NCBI RefSeq assembly: GCF_058153355.1
Contig: NZ_CM177019.1
DNA length: 64,000 nt
Reading direction: 5' to 3' (one strand)
Part shown: positions 1 through 11,123 of the stretch, in pieces
Layout: the number at the start of each line of letters is the position of its first letter
How positions within the stretch are numbered: the first letter of the stretch is position 1
The notes under the pieces: generated by a model
The model's database searches: none
What the model saw: the letters and a program-made list of their open reading frames with translations, nothing else
What the model was told of the DNA's origin: nothing
Position numbers and translations under genes: made by a program

Positions 1-17
1 TCGCTGTTGCATAGTGC

Positions 18-344
18 TTATTTTTGCAACCATTTCCCGTTAATTCCCTGCACATATTCCCCCGGTTTGGCCCGAGCTACAAGCTTTTGTCCGGCAAGCT
101 TCGCGATATCATCTACCGATACATTATTTTGCTTTGCCAGTTGTTGATAACTCACTTTACGTGCGGCATTAATCTCGGTTACTAATTTCTCTGTTTCAGC
201 ATCCGTTTTCAACGCAACCAAATAACCGTTAAATGTTTCACCTACCCGCCCCTGAATTCTGGCCTCGTCCAGTGTTAATGCCACTACATTGCTGCTTACC
301 AGTCCAACAAGAAACGCACAAAGAAGTAATGTTTTCTTCATCAT
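18..344 (-). CDS. ydbL: DUF1318-family periplasmic protein YdbL (108 aa from MKKTLLL)
   Basis: ORF 18..422 contains signal-peptide start MKKTLLLCAFLVGL; matches recalled YdbL; position next to ynbE/ydbH. Confidence 0.75.
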   Translation of the reverse strand: MMKKTLLLCAFLVGLVSSNVVALTLDEARIQGRVGETFNGYLVALKTDAETEKLVTEINAARKVSYQQLAKQNNVSVDDIAKLAGQKLVARAKPGEYVQGINGKWLQK

Positions 345-348
345 CCCC

Positions 349-534
349 TCAGAAAAGATCGCTACGGGTTTTGAGTAAATCCTCGACATCTTTGTCTGCC
401 TTAATGATGATCTCATGCTCAATTTTAACGTTCATATTGATAGTGATCGGTTCCTTAGGTGCAGCGACTTCAATGCGAGGCGTACAGCCAACCAGCATAA
501 AAGATGACGTCAACGCAGCCAGTAAAATTTTCAT
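349..534 (-). CDS. ynbE: small lipoprotein YnbE (61 aa)
   Basis: 61-aa ORF with lipobox-like LVGC; 4-bp overlap with ydbH stop; conserved ydbH-ynbE-ydbL cluster. Confidence 0.75.
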   Translation of the reverse strand: MKILLAALTSSFMLVGCTPRIEVAAPKEPITINMNVKIEHEIIIKADKDVEDLLKTRSDLF

Positions 535-3170
535 TGTTTTTCCTCACACCCTTTTCCTTGCGGACAGCCATTTTCCGGCAGACGCGCGTTCTGCTCCAAC
601 CATGCCTGGAGATTATCGCCAAAGCGTAAACTGCGCCACAGGGTAAAAATATTCTCTTCATGATGGTAATTAAGGTTTACCGTACCACTTTTACCGTCGA
701 CGCGACTGGTACCTGTAATATTGGCCTGCATGGTTAACACACCGAGATTATCTAAATTAATTTTTGTCGATGAACGGTTAATTTCCATATAGCGCAACCA
801 GTTAATTGCAGAACCCGCGGTCATATTGTCTTTCACCACCGCATCTGCGGTGTCTTTATCCAGCCGCAAGGTCATTGGTCCGCTATTTGCCAGCCAGCCG
901 TCTTTAACTATCCATTTTTCATTGTTCAGCCATAAAGGCAATGCCCCACTAAATGCCCCGGACATGGCGAATTGTTTCGGATTGACGGCGCTAACCAGTT
1001 CGCTGGATGAGAGATTATTCAGCCGCAACAGCGCCGGGTCATGTTGCGGCATGCGTAATTGTTTCATCAGCACGTTACCGCCTAACACATCGACGCTAAC
1101 ATCGGTCAACAACAATGGTTCGTCTTCACTCCACGGATAACGCCCTTGCAAATCAGCCGTAATATTTTTCGCTGTCACCAGATTAATCACTTCGGCAATT
1201 CGCAACGTAACGGGGCCGCGAGTCCCCAGATGCCAGGCTCCATCGGCAAAACGGAAAGGCAGGACAAAATCGACACCGTTAACCTGATTATCTGGCATCC
1301 AGGCACTACCGCCTTTCAACACACCGTGCCCTCCCGCGCGGAATCCTTGTTCAGGCGCAGCAGAAAATGCGACCTGGGCATACAGTTCGCCATCGCGTAA
1401 GTTCATCTTCCAGTCGGGTGGCACCAGCGGCTGGAATACGGTCAGTGATTGTTTAGGCCACCAGGCGTTACCGCGCAGACGAATACCGTCCCAGCGACCA
1501 TTTACCCGAACCGGGCCAATCTCACCAGCATGTAAATCGCCTTTAAAGAGGAAATACGTCGGATCGCGTCCATCGACGCTAAATTTTAAGGTTGATGGCG
1601 GTAACACACTGCCGCCAGTGAACAGCGTTTGCCCGGCGTCCAGTGACAGCGCGCCGCTAAAGGAGGGATGCTGTGCGTCACGTACCCAGACGACGGGCTT
1701 GTCGAGAATTAATCGCGGCTTTTCTACCGTCATCGTACCGTATTGTAACTGGTCGAAACCGGTTGAGAGATCGGTCAGCGTAATCGTGCTGTCATGCCAC
1801 TCACCTTTTCCTGCGACATCCCAGGTGGCATTCATCGGTGTAAAACTCCCTTTTCCCCAGTAGCGCCACTGCCAGCGGCCAGCGTCAGGGAGAAAATCAT
1901 TCGCCAGCCCATCCATATGCAGTACGAAATCGCCCAGTTCATTTTCATGCGCCTGCAAAATGGCCTGCAAACGTCCGTCAACACCACGTTGGGTGACTTT
2001 TACACCCGCTAAAGGCCAGCGGATTTCATCAATATCCAGCGAATCGATGACTCTTCCCTTCGAACGTAATAACGCGCCTGGCTCAAAGGCCAGCGTTGGG
2101 TCAGTCAGACTTCCGCTTAGCTGCGCAGGTAAACGGGCATATAAAATGAGGTCCGCCTGTTTCGCTTCACCGGTCAGCTGCAAAGGCAGCTGGCTGTTAT
2201 CCATACTTAATTTTCCTGGGCCAAAATTAAGCACCGCGTTGCCCTTACCCGCTTGCCCCTGGGTCAGCACACTCAGTCGTCCGCTGACCAGAGCGTTCTC
2301 AAGCCCTGCCTGCCAGTTGTCGACTTTGACACCCAGTCGTCCACTCAAAGGAAAACCTGCATACGGCCAGCTCCAGCGACCATCGCTTACGGTCAATTGT
2401 TGGCGAGTAATTTGCCACGGCAGATCGAGCAACGGATCGCCGTTATCCCGTGCCAGCACAATCAATTGCCCGCTATTTTCCTGCCAGTCCAGCTCGGCAT
2501 CCACCAGTGAAGGCTCCTGCGGCAAGTTTAACGTCGCAGTAGCATGACCCCTTACAGGAAGTCCATCCGGCACTAGCGGCATAGTAAATTCCCCCACCAG
2601 TTTAACCGGCGGCTGATTTTCAAACGCAGCGACATCCAGTTCGCTGACTGTAAGTTGTTGCCCTTTCAGCTGGCCTTGAAATTTAACTTTTTCGCCCTGA
2701 TAACGCAGTTGCTGGATATCGGAGTTTAATGCGAGAGAGAGTTTTCCCTGCCATTCCTGCCAGGGAGAAAAAATCAGTTTATCGATATTGATCCAGGTGT
2801 TAGGCAACATGGCCTGCCACTGCGCGAGGGTTTTTGGAGCGGCTGGCGATTGCTCCGTCTGCGGCAATTTCGCCAGACAAGCAGAATCAAGTTCTACCGT
2901 GCCGACGTTCAATAACCAGCGGCTGGGATGAGAAAGGCTGGCGTTGGTGATATGTGCAAGCTGACAATCTCCTACCAGATAACGGAGATCGGGAATGATT
3001 AAACCTTTACGCGTAATGCGTGGGCTTTCATCTAAAGCAATACGTGTGCCGAGCGGTAGCCAGATGCCCGCCAGCGTGGGAACCCACAAGCCGAGCGTCA
3101 TCAGCAGCGTCAACGGCACAAGAATAATCAGTAATAACAGCGCGAGAACGGCTTTATATTTACCCAGCAT
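531..3170 (-). CDS. ydbH: AsmA-family large membrane-anchored protein YdbH (879 aa)
   Basis: 879-aa ORF, N-terminal TM segment; length and context match YdbH. Confidence 0.85.
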   Translation of the reverse strand: MLGKYKAVLALLLLIILVPLTLLMTLGLWVPTLAGIWLPLGTRIALDESPRITRKGLIIPDLRYLVGDCQLAHITNASLSHPSRWLLNVGTVELDSACLAKLPQTEQSPAAPKTLAQWQAMLPNTWINIDKLIFSPWQEWQGKLSLALNSDIQQLRYQGEKVKFQGQLKGQQLTVSELDVAAFENQPPVKLVGEFTMPLVPDGLPVRGHATATLNLPQEPSLVDAELDWQENSGQLIVLARDNGDPLLDLPWQITRQQLTVSDGRWSWPYAGFPLSGRLGVKVDNWQAGLENALVSGRLSVLTQGQAGKGNAVLNFGPGKLSMDNSQLPLQLTGEAKQADLILYARLPAQLSGSLTDPTLAFEPGALLRSKGRVIDSLDIDEIRWPLAGVKVTQRGVDGRLQAILQAHENELGDFVLHMDGLANDFLPDAGRWQWRYWGKGSFTPMNATWDVAGKGEWHDSTITLTDLSTGFDQLQYGTMTVEKPRLILDKPVVWVRDAQHPSFSGALSLDAGQTLFTGGSVLPPSTLKFSVDGRDPTYFLFKGDLHAGEIGPVRVNGRWDGIRLRGNAWWPKQSLTVFQPLVPPDWKMNLRDGELYAQVAFSAAPEQGFRAGGHGVLKGGSAWMPDNQVNGVDFVLPFRFADGAWHLGTRGPVTLRIAEVINLVTAKNITADLQGRYPWSEDEPLLLTDVSVDVLGGNVLMKQLRMPQHDPALLRLNNLSSSELVSAVNPKQFAMSGAFSGALPLWLNNEKWIVKDGWLANSGPMTLRLDKDTADAVVKDNMTAGSAINWLRYMEINRSSTKINLDNLGVLTMQANITGTSRVDGKSGTVNLNYHHEENIFTLWRSLRFGDNLQAWLEQNARLPENGCPQGKGCEEKQ

Positions 3171-3377
3171 GGGTAGTTAATATCCTGATTTAGCGAAAAA
3201 TTAAGCATTCAATACGGGTATTGTGGCATGTTTAACCGTTCAGTTTAAGGTTGCGCCTACACTAAGCATAGTTGTTGATGAATTTTTCAATATCGCCATA
3301 GCTTTCAATTATATTTGAAATTTTGTAAAATATTTTTAGTAGCTTAAATGTGATTCAACATCACTGGAGAAAGTCTT

Positions 3378-4367
3378 ATGAAACTCGCCGTTTATAGCAC
3401 AAAACAGTACGACAAGAAGTACCTGCAACAGGTGAACGAGTCCTTTGGCTTTGAGCTGGAATTTTTTGACTTTCTGCTGACGGAAAAAACCGCTAAAACG
3501 GCCAATGGCTGCGAAGCGGTATGTATTTTCGTAAACGATGACGGCAGCCGCCCGGTGCTGGAAGAACTGAAAAAGCACGGCGTTAAATATATCGCCCTGC
3601 GCTGTGCCGGTTTCAATAACGTCGACCTTGACGCAGCAAAAGAACTGGGGCTGAAAGTAGTCCGTGTTCCAGCCTATGATCCAGAAGCTGTTGCTGAACA
3701 CGCCATCGGTATGATGATGACGCTGAACCGCCGTATCCATCGCGCATATCAGCGTACGCGTGACGCCAACTTCTCTCTGGAAGGTCTGACCGGCTTTACC
3801 ATGTATGGCAAAACGGCAGGCGTTATCGGTACTGGTAAAATCGGTGTGGCGATGCTGCGCATTCTCAAAGGTTTTGGTATGCGTCTGCTGGCGTTCGATC
3901 CGTATCCAAGTGCGGCAGCGCTGGAACTCGGTGTGGAGTATGTCGATCTGCCAACCCTGTTCTCTGAATCAGACGTTATCTCTCTGCACTGCCCGCTGAC
4001 ACCGGAAAACTACCATCTGTTGAACGAAGCCGCCTTCGATCAGATGAAAAAAGGCGTGATGATCGTCAATACCAGTCGCGGTGCATTGATTGATTCTCAG
4101 GCGGCAATTGAAGCGCTGAAAAATCAGAAAATTGGTTCGTTGGGTATGGACGTGTATGAAAACGAACGCGATCTGTTCTTTGAAGATAAATCCAACGACG
4201 TAATCCAGGATGACGTATTCCGTCGTCTGTCTGCCTGCCACAACGTGCTGTTTACCGGGCACCAGGCATTCCTGACAGCAGAAGCTCTGACCAGTATTTC
4301 CCAAACTACCCTGCAAAACTTAAGCAATCTGGAAAAAGGCGAAACCTGCCCGAACGAACTGGTTTAA
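3378..4367 (+). CDS. ldhA: fermentative D-lactate dehydrogenase (329 aa)
   Basis: 2-hydroxyacid dehydrogenase fold with NAD motif GVIGTGKIG; start MKLAVYSTKQYDKKYL. Confidence 0.95.
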   Translation: MKLAVYSTKQYDKKYLQQVNESFGFELEFFDFLLTEKTAKTANGCEAVCIFVNDDGSRPVLEELKKHGVKYIALRCAGFNNVDLDAAKELGLKVVRVPAYDPEAVAEHAIGMMMTLNRRIHRAYQRTRDANFSLEGLTGFTMYGKTAGVIGTGKIGVAMLRILKGFGMRLLAFDPYPSAAALELGVEYVDLPTLFSESDVISLHCPLTPENYHLLNEAAFDQMKKGVMIVNTSRGALIDSQAAIEALKNQKIGSLGMDVYENERDLFFEDKSNDVIQDDVFRRLSACHNVLFTGHQAFLTAEALTSISQTTLQNLSNLEKGETCPNELV

Positions 4368-4374
4368 TCTTGCC

Positions 4375-4402
4375 GCTCCCCTGTACGCCAGGGGAGCTTA
4401 TT
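4375..4402 (+). terminator. hairpin downstream of ldhA
   Basis: gctcccctg-tacgc-caggggagc followed by ttattc. Confidence 0.4.
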
Positions 4403-4477
4403 CAGATAATCCCCAAAGACCTTTCATCCTCTATTCTTAAAATAGTCCTGAGTCAGAAACTGTAATTGAGAACCACA

Positions 4478-4900
4478 ATGAAGAAAGTAGCCGCGTTTGT
4501 TGCGCTAAGCCTGCTGATGGCGGGATGTGTAAGTAATGACAAAATTGCTGTAACCCCAGAACAGCTACAGCATCATCGCTTTGTGCTGGAAAGCGTAAAC
4601 GGTAAGCCCGTGACCAGCGATAAAAACCCGCCAGAAATCAGCTTTGGTGAAAAGATGATGATTTCCGGCAGCATGTGTAACCGCTTTAGCGGTGAAGGCA
4701 AACTGTCTAATGGTGAACTGACAGCCAAAGGGCTGGCAATGACCCGTATGATGTGCGCTAACCCGCAGCTTAATGAACTCGATAACACCATTAGCGAAAT
4801 GCTGAAAGAAGGTGCACAAGTGGATCTGACCGCGAACCAGTTAACGCTGGCGACCGCGAAACAGACATTAACTTATAAGCTGGCGGATTTAATGAATTAA
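4478..4900 (+). CDS. hslJ: heat-shock lipoprotein HslJ (140 aa from MKKVAAF)
   Basis: signal peptide plus lipobox LMAGC; META-domain-like; downstream of ldhA as in K-12. Confidence 0.85.
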   Translation: MKKVAAFVALSLLMAGCVSNDKIAVTPEQLQHHRFVLESVNGKPVTSDKNPPEISFGEKMMISGSMCNRFSGEGKLSNGELTAKGLAMTRMMCANPQLNELDNTISEMLKEGAQVDLTANQLTLATAKQTLTYKLADLMN

Positions 4901-5163
4901 TAGCTGCCACAGCTCCCGGCGGCAAGTGACTGTTCGCTACAGCGTTTGCCGTTGGGTAATGCACACATCCCAATCGCCGTACCATCCAGTTGACGGGCAA
5001 CAGAAAGCGAACCGCCAATCATTGCACAATTTGCTTCTCCACTACTGGACATTGACGCTTTTAAACCGGGCGCTACGTGCGCCGCAGTCGCCTGCTGAAC
5101 AGGTTCACTACTACACGCCGACAATAATAAAGCGGCACACCCTACCCAAAACGCTGCTCGCAT
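4897..5163 (-). CDS. ydbJ: DUF333 small lipoprotein YdbJ (88 aa)
   Basis: 88-aa ORF with signal peptide/lipobox LLLSACSS; convergent with hslJ (stop codons overlap). Confidence 0.7.
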   Translation of the reverse strand: MRAAFWVGCAALLLSACSSEPVQQATAAHVAPGLKASMSSSGEANCAMIGGSLSVARQLDGTAIGMCALPNGKRCSEQSLAAGSCGSY

Positions 5164-5436
5164 CTTTTCTTCCTCTGATCTTCAAGCCAAACGACACCGC
5201 CATAAATAATAGGCAGCACAGAGGGCGGCGTCGAGAGCTGTCCTGCGCGTTGCCCCGCATTTTTACTTTTTTATGGCTATTTTTTTGCCCTCTGTTTGAT
5301 CAAAACATTCATTACGCTGATGTGGGGGACACAAAAGCGAAAATGCAGAAGAAAGCCATTTGCTAAAATTGAAAGATAACTACTGGGCGCGCAGCAATTT
5401 CGTGCGCCCCTCATTTGCGCAATGTAAGGGTGTCAT

Positions 5437-8400
5437 ATGATTACTATTGACGGTAATGGCGCGGTTGCTTCGGTGGCGTTTCGCACCAGTGAAGTTATCG
5501 CCATCTACCCTATTACCCCCAGTTCCACGATGGCAGAACAGGCTGATGCATGGGCCGGAAACGGCTTGAAAAACGTTTGGGGAGACACACCACGCGTGGT
5601 TGAAATGCAGTCGGAAGCGGGTGCTATCGCTACCGTGCATGGTGCTTTGCAAACTGGCGCCCTCTCAACATCGTTTACGTCATCGCAGGGTTTGCTGCTG
5701 ATGATCCCAACGCTGTACAAACTGGCAGGCGAACTGACGCCGTTTGTCCTGCATGTTGCGGCTCGTACCGTTGCCACACATGCACTCTCTATTTTTGGCG
5801 ATCATTCCGACGTCATGGCAGTGCGCCAGACGGGTTGCGCGATGTTGTGTGCAGCAAACGTCCAGGAGGCGCAAGACTTTGCTCTCATTTCGCACATTGC
5901 GACGCTGAAAAGTCGCGTGCCATTTATTCATTTCTTTGATGGTTTCCGCACCTCCCACGAGATCAATAAAATTGTCCCGCTGGCCGATGACACTATTCTT
6001 GAACTGATGCCGCAGGCAGAAATTGATGCTCATCGCGCCCGTGCACTCAACCCGGAACATCCGGTGATCCGCGGTACGTCCGCCAATCCTGACACTTATT
6101 TCCAGTCTCGCGAAGCCACCAACCCATGGTACAACGCAGTCTATGACCATGTTGAACAGGCGATGAATGATTTCGCTGCCGCGACAGGTCGCCAGTATCA
6201 GCCGTTTGAGTATTACGGGCATCCACAAGCGGAACGGGTGATTATCCTGATGGGCTCTGCCATTGACACCTGTGAAGAAGTGGTTGATGAATTGCTAACC
6301 CGTGGCGAAAAAGTCGGCGTGCTGAAAGTTCGCCTGTACCGTCCCTTCTCCGCCAAACACTTACTGCAAGCGTTGCCGGACTCTGTTCGGACAGTGGCGG
6401 TGCTGGATCGCACCAAAGAGCCAGGTGCGCAAGCGGAACCCCTGTACCTGGATGTGATGACCGCACTGGCAGAAGCCTTTAATAATGGCGAGCGTGAAAC
6501 CCTGCCCCGTGTCATTGGTGGGCGCTATGGTCTTTCATCCAAAGAATTTGGCCCGGACTGTGTACTGGCGGTATTTGCCGAGCTCAACGCGGCTAAACCG
6601 AAAGCGCGCTTTACGGTTGGTATTTACGATGATGTGACCAATCTGTCACTGCCGTTGCCGGAAAACACCCTGCCAAACTCGGCGAAACTGGAAGCCTTGT
6701 TTTATGGTCTTGGTAGTGATGGCAGCGTTTCCGCGACCAAAAACAATATCAAGATTATCGGTAATTCCACGCCGTGGTACGCACAGGGCTATTTTGTTTA
6801 CGACTCCAAAAAGGCGGGCGGCCTGACGGTTTCTCACCTTCGCGTGAGCGAACAGCCGATTCGTTCCGCTTATCTCATTTCCCAGGCTGATTTTGTTGGC
6901 TGCCACCAGTTGCAGTTTATCGATAAATATCAGATGGCTGAACGTTTAAAACCTGGCGGCATTTTCCTGCTCAACACGCCGTACAGCGCAGATGAAGTAT
7001 GGTCGCGCTTGCCGCAGGAAGTTCAGGCCGTGTTAAACCAGAAAAAAGCGCGCTTCTATGTGATTAACGCGGCGAAAATCGCCCGTGAATGTGGCCTGGC
7101 GGCCCGTATTAATACCGTCATGCAGATGGCTTTTTTCCATCTGACGCAAATTCTGCCTGGCGATAGCGCCCTGGCCGAATTGCAGGGCGCTATCGCCAAA
7201 AGCTACAGCAGCAAAGGCCAGGATCTGGTGGAACGCAACTGGCAGGCTCTGGCACTGGCGCGTGAATCGGTAGAAGAAGTTCCGCTGCAGCCGGTTAATC
7301 CGCACAGCGCCAATCGACCGCCTGTGGTTTCCGATGCTGCTCCTGATTTCGTGAAAACCGTTACCGCTGCGATGCTCGCCGGACTTGGCGATGCTCTCCC
7401 CGTTTCGGCGCTGCCGCCAGACGGCACCTGGCCGATGGGTACCACCCGCTGGGAAAAACGCAATATTGCCGAAGAGATCCCCATCTGGAAAGAGGAACTC
7501 TGTACCCAATGTAACCACTGCGTTGCCGCTTGCCCACACTCAGCTATTCGCGCCAAAGTGGTGCCGCCTGAAGCAATGGAAAATGCCCCTGCCAGCCTGC
7601 ATTCGCTGGATGTAAAATCGCGTGATATGCGCGGGCAGAAATATGTCTTGCAGGTAGCTCCGGAAGATTGCACCGGCTGTAACCTGTGCGTCGAAGTTTG
7701 CCCGGCGAAAGACCGTCAGGATCCAGAGATTAAAGCCATCAATATGATGTCGCGCCTGGAACATGTCGAGGAAGAGAAAATCAATTACGACTTCTTCCTG
7801 AATTTACCAGAAATCGATCGCAGCAAACTGGAACGTATTGATATTCGTACATCGCAACTGATTACACCGCTGTTTGAATATTCAGGTGCTTGCTCTGGTT
7901 GTGGCGAGACGCCGTATATTAAATTGCTGACTCAGCTCTATGGCGATCGGATGTTGATCGCTAACGCTACGGGTTGTTCTTCAATTTATGGTGGTAACCT
8001 GCCCTCCACACCATATACCACTGATGCCAACGGTCGTGGACCGGCATGGGCGAACTCGCTGTTTGAAGATAACGCCGAATTCGGCCTTGGTTTCCGCCTG
8101 ACGGTCGATCAACACCGTGTCCGCGTGCTGCGTCTGCTGGATCAATTTGCCGATAAAATCCCGGCGGAATTACTGACTGCGTTGAAATCAGACGCCACGC
8201 CAGAGGTTCGTCGTGAACAGGTTGCAGCTTTACGCCAGCAACTCAACGATGTTGCCGAAGCACATGAACTGCTACGTGATGCAGATGCACTGGTGGAAAA
8301 ATCAATCTGGCTGATTGGTGGCGATGGCTGGGCTTACGATATCGGCTTTGGCGGTCTGGATCATGTATTGAGTCTGACGGAAAACGTCAACATTCTGGTG

Positions 8401-8961
8401 CTGGATACGCAATGCTATTCCAACACCGGTGGTCAGGCGTCGAAAGCGACACCGCTGGGTGCAGTAACTAAATTTGGCGAGCACGGCAAACGTAAAGCGC
8501 GTAAAGATCTTGGCGTCAGTATGATGATGTACGGTCATGTTTATGTGGCGCAAATTTCTCTCGGCGCGCAGCTCAACCAGACAGTGAAAGCGATTCAGGA
8601 AGCAGAAGCGTATCCGGGACCATCGCTGATCATCGCTTATAGCCCGTGTGAAGAGCATGGTTACGATCTGGCACTCAGTCACGACCAGATGCGCCAACTC
8701 ACTGCCACCGGCTTCTGGCCGCTATATCGCTTCGATCCACGTCGAGCCGATGAAGGCAAACTACCGCTGGCACTGGATTCACGCCCGCCGTCAGAAGCAC
8801 TGGAAGAAACGTTACTTCACGAGCAGCGTTTCCGTCGTCTGAATTCACAGCAGCCAGAAGTGGCAGAACAGTTATGGAAAGATGCCGTAGCTGATTTGCA
8901 AAAACGCTATGACTTCCTGGCACAAATGGCCGGAAAAGCGGAAAAAAGCAACACCGATTAA
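5437..8961 (+). CDS. ydbK: pyruvate:flavodoxin/ferredoxin oxidoreductase (1174 aa)
   Basis: two 4Fe-4S ferredoxin motifs CTQCNHCVAACP and CTGCNLCVEVCP, TPP-binding GGDGW; length matches YdbK/Pfo. Confidence 0.95.
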   Translation: MITIDGNGAVASVAFRTSEVIAIYPITPSSTMAEQADAWAGNGLKNVWGDTPRVVEMQSEAGAIATVHGALQTGALSTSFTSSQGLLLMIPTLYKLAGELTPFVLHVAARTVATHALSIFGDHSDVMAVRQTGCAMLCAANVQEAQDFALISHIATLKSRVPFIHFFDGFRTSHEINKIVPLADDTILELMPQAEIDAHRARALNPEHPVIRGTSANPDTYFQSREATNPWYNAVYDHVEQAMNDFAAATGRQYQPFEYYGHPQAERVIILMGSAIDTCEEVVDELLTRGEKVGVLKVRLYRPFSAKHLLQALPDSVRTVAVLDRTKEPGAQAEPLYLDVMTALAEAFNNGERETLPRVIGGRYGLSSKEFGPDCVLAVFAELNAAKPKARFTVGIYDDVTNLSLPLPENTLPNSAKLEALFYGLGSDGSVSATKNNIKIIGNSTPWYAQGYFVYDSKKAGGLTVSHLRVSEQPIRSAYLISQADFVGCHQLQFIDKYQMAERLKPGGIFLLNTPYSADEVWSRLPQEVQAVLNQKKARFYVINAAKIARECGLAARINTVMQMAFFHLTQILPGDSALAELQGAIAKSYSSKGQDLVERNWQALALARESVEEVPLQPVNPHSANRPPVVSDAAPDFVKTVTAAMLAGLGDALPVSALPPDGTWPMGTTRWEKRNIAEEIPIWKEELCTQCNHCVAACPHSAIRAKVVPPEAMENAPASLHSLDVKSRDMRGQKYVLQVAPEDCTGCNLCVEVCPAKDRQDPEIKAINMMSRLEHVEEEKINYDFFLNLPEIDRSKLERIDIRTSQLITPLFEYSGACSGCGETPYIKLLTQLYGDRMLIANATGCSSIYGGNLPSTPYTTDANGRGPAWANSLFEDNAEFGLGFRLTVDQHRVRVLRLLDQFADKIPAELLTALKSDATPEVRREQVAALRQQLNDVAEAHELLRDADALVEKSIWLIGGDGWAYDIGFGGLDHVLSLTENVNILVLDTQCYSNTGGQASKATPLGAVTKFGEHGKRKARKDLGVSMMMYGHVYVAQISLGAQLNQTVKAIQEAEAYPGPSLIIAYSPCEEHGYDLALSHDQMRQLTATGFWPLYRFDPRRADEGKLPLALDSRPPSEALEETLLHEQRFRRLNSQQPEVAEQLWKDAVADLQKRYDFLAQMAGKAEKSNTD

Positions 8962-8990
8962 ATGCTCTGGATAAGGATTATCCAATTCTA

Positions 8991-9029
8991 AAAAAAAGCC
9001 CGAACGACTGTTCGGGCTTGTCTTCTTAT
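8991..9029. terminator. bidirectional terminator (ydbK / micC)
   Basis: hairpin aagcccgaacgactgttcgggctt flanked by A8 upstream and T-rich downstream. Confidence 0.7.
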
Positions 9030-9089
9030 ATGTTGGAAAATCAGTGGCAATGCAATGGCCCAACAGAAAATAAAATCTGTGACAATAAA
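8991..9089 (-). ncRNA. micC: MicC sRNA (OmpC-repressing, Hfq-dependent)
   Basis: reverse complement reads GTTATATGCCTTTATTGTCACAGATTTTATTTTCTGTTGGGCCATTGCATTGCCACTGATTTTCCAACATATAAGAAGACAAGCCCGAACAGTCGTTCGGGCTTTTTTTT; matches recalled MicC; between ydbK and ompN as in K-12. Confidence 0.8.
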
Positions 9090-9326
9090 GGCATATAACC
9101 CGCGCAGAATAACGTATAGCAAATTAAAAGTATAATTTTTATTTTGTATGTATTATCTTCGATACATTCACCAGACTTATTATCATTTCAGAGGAATTAT
9201 TTGATTAAGGTTTTACTTAAGGCGTAACAAATGATATTTATCGGCTAACTGAACTTCTCCTTTAGGATGTTTTCATTCCCCGAAATGGGGATAAAAGGCA
9301 AATAAAATAACTAAAGGATTTATTCA

Positions 9327-10460
9327 ATGAAAAGCAAAGTACTGGCACTTTTAATTCCTGCCCTGCTCGCCGCAGGTGCTGCACATGCAGCCGAAGTTTA
9401 TAATAAAGACGGCAACAAATTAGATCTGTATGGCAAAGTTGATGGCCTGCATTATTTTTCTGATAATTCAGCGAAAGATGGCGACCAGAGCTATGCGCGT
9501 CTGGGTTTTAAAGGCGAAACCCAAATTAACGATCAACTTACTGGCTACGGTCAATGGGAATACAATATTCAGGCAAACAACACTGAATCTTCAAAAAACC
9601 AGTCATGGACCCGTCTGGCATTTGCCGGACTGAAATTTGCAGATTACGGTTCTTTCGATTACGGACGTAATTATGGCGTAATGTACGACATCGAAGGCTG
9701 GACCGATATGCTGCCTGAATTTGGCGGTGACTCTTATACCAATGCAGACAACTTTATGACTGGTCGTGCCAATGGCGTCGCGACTTATCGTAACACTGAT
9801 TTCTTCGGTCTGGTAAATGGTCTGAACTTCGCGGTGCAGTATCAAGGTAACAACGAAGGAGCCAGTAATGGTCAGGAAGGCACCAACAACGGACGTGATG
9901 TTCGCCATGAAAACGGTGACGGCTGGGGTCTTTCCACAACATATGATTTAGGCATGGGCTTTAGCGCTGGTGCGGCATACACCTCTTCTGACCGCACCAA
10001 TGACCAGGTTAACCATACTGCGGCTGGTGGTGATAAAGCAGACGCGTGGACTGCTGGGCTAAAATACGATGCTAACAATATTTACCTGGCAACCATGTAT
10101 TCAGAAACGCGTAATATGACCCCGTTTGGCGACAGCGATTATGCTGTTGCAAACAAAACCCAGAACTTTGAAGTCACTGCACAGTACCAGTTTGATTTTG
10201 GTCTGCGTCCGGCAGTCTCTTTCCTGATGTCTAAAGGCCGTGACCTGCACGCTACCGGTGGTGCAGACAACCCGGCAGGTGTTGATGATAAAGATCTTGT
10301 AAAATACGCCGATGTTGGCGCGACTTACTATTTCAATAAAAATATGTCCACTTATGTTGACTATAAAATCAACCTGTTGGATGAAGATGACAGTTTCTAT
10401 GCTGCTAACGGCATCTCTACCGATGATATTGTCGCTTTAGGTCTGGTTTATCAGTTCTAA
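9327..10460 (+). CDS. ompN: outer-membrane porin OmpN (377 aa)
   Basis: general-porin family: signal peptide, [17 protein letters not shown] start of mature protein, C-terminal ...LVYQF. Confidence 0.9.
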   Translation: MKSKVLALLIPALLAAGAAHAAEVYNKDGNKLDLYGKVDGLHYFSDNSAKDGDQSYARLGFKGETQINDQLTGYGQWEYNIQANNTESSKNQSWTRLAFAGLKFADYGSFDYGRNYGVMYDIEGWTDMLPEFGGDSYTNADNFMTGRANGVATYRNTDFFGLVNGLNFAVQYQGNNEGASNGQEGTNNGRDVRHENGDGWGLSTTYDLGMGFSAGAAYTSSDRTNDQVNHTAAGGDKADAWTAGLKYDANNIYLATMYSETRNMTPFGDSDYAVANKTQNFEVTAQYQFDFGLRPAVSFLMSKGRDLHATGGADNPAGVDDKDLVKYADVGATYYFNKNMSTYVDYKINLLDEDDSFYAANGISTDDIVALGLVYQF

Positions 10461-10468
10461 ATCCTCCT

Positions 10469-10493
10469 GCCCGCTGTTATGGCGGGCTTTTTC
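10469..10493 (+). terminator. rho-independent terminator of ompN
   Basis: gcccgctgttatggcgggc followed by tttttc. Confidence 0.8.
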
Positions 10494-10519
10494 TGCTTAT
10501 TCTTCCTCCTTTGATCTAA

Positions 10520-11035
<516 letters not shown>

Positions 11036-11042
11036 CACTAAC

Positions 11043-11068
11043 GCCCGCACATTGCTGCGGGCTTTTTG
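11043..11068 (+). terminator. rho-independent terminator of uspF
   Basis: gcccgcacattgctgcgggc followed by tttttg. Confidence 0.8.
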
Positions 11069-11123
11069 ATTCATTTCGCAAATGTGCTGACATTTTCCCC
11101 TCTAATCATTACAATTTAAATTT

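Noticed and set aside
233-3180. Multiple plus-strand ORFs (e.g. 233..646, 1960..2547, 2253..2510) inside ydbL/ynbE/ydbH
   Set aside because: Antisense to long, well-supported genes; low-complexity Ser/Pro/Arg-rich translations typical of the wrong frame in GC-rich coding DNA.
5164-5436. Possible FNR half-site (ttgatcaaaacattca) upstream of ydbK
   Set aside because: Only one half of the TTGAT-N4-ATCAA palindrome is present; insufficient to call a site.
5680-8923. Minus-strand ORFs (5680..6228, 7033..7539, 7203..7673, 8302..8697) inside ydbK
   Set aside because: Embedded antisense within the 1174-aa pfo gene; no RBS or domain evidence.
8872-9063. 63-aa minus-strand ORF overlapping the MicC locus
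   Set aside because: The region is explained by the MicC sRNA and its terminator; the ORF has no SD and an implausible sequence.
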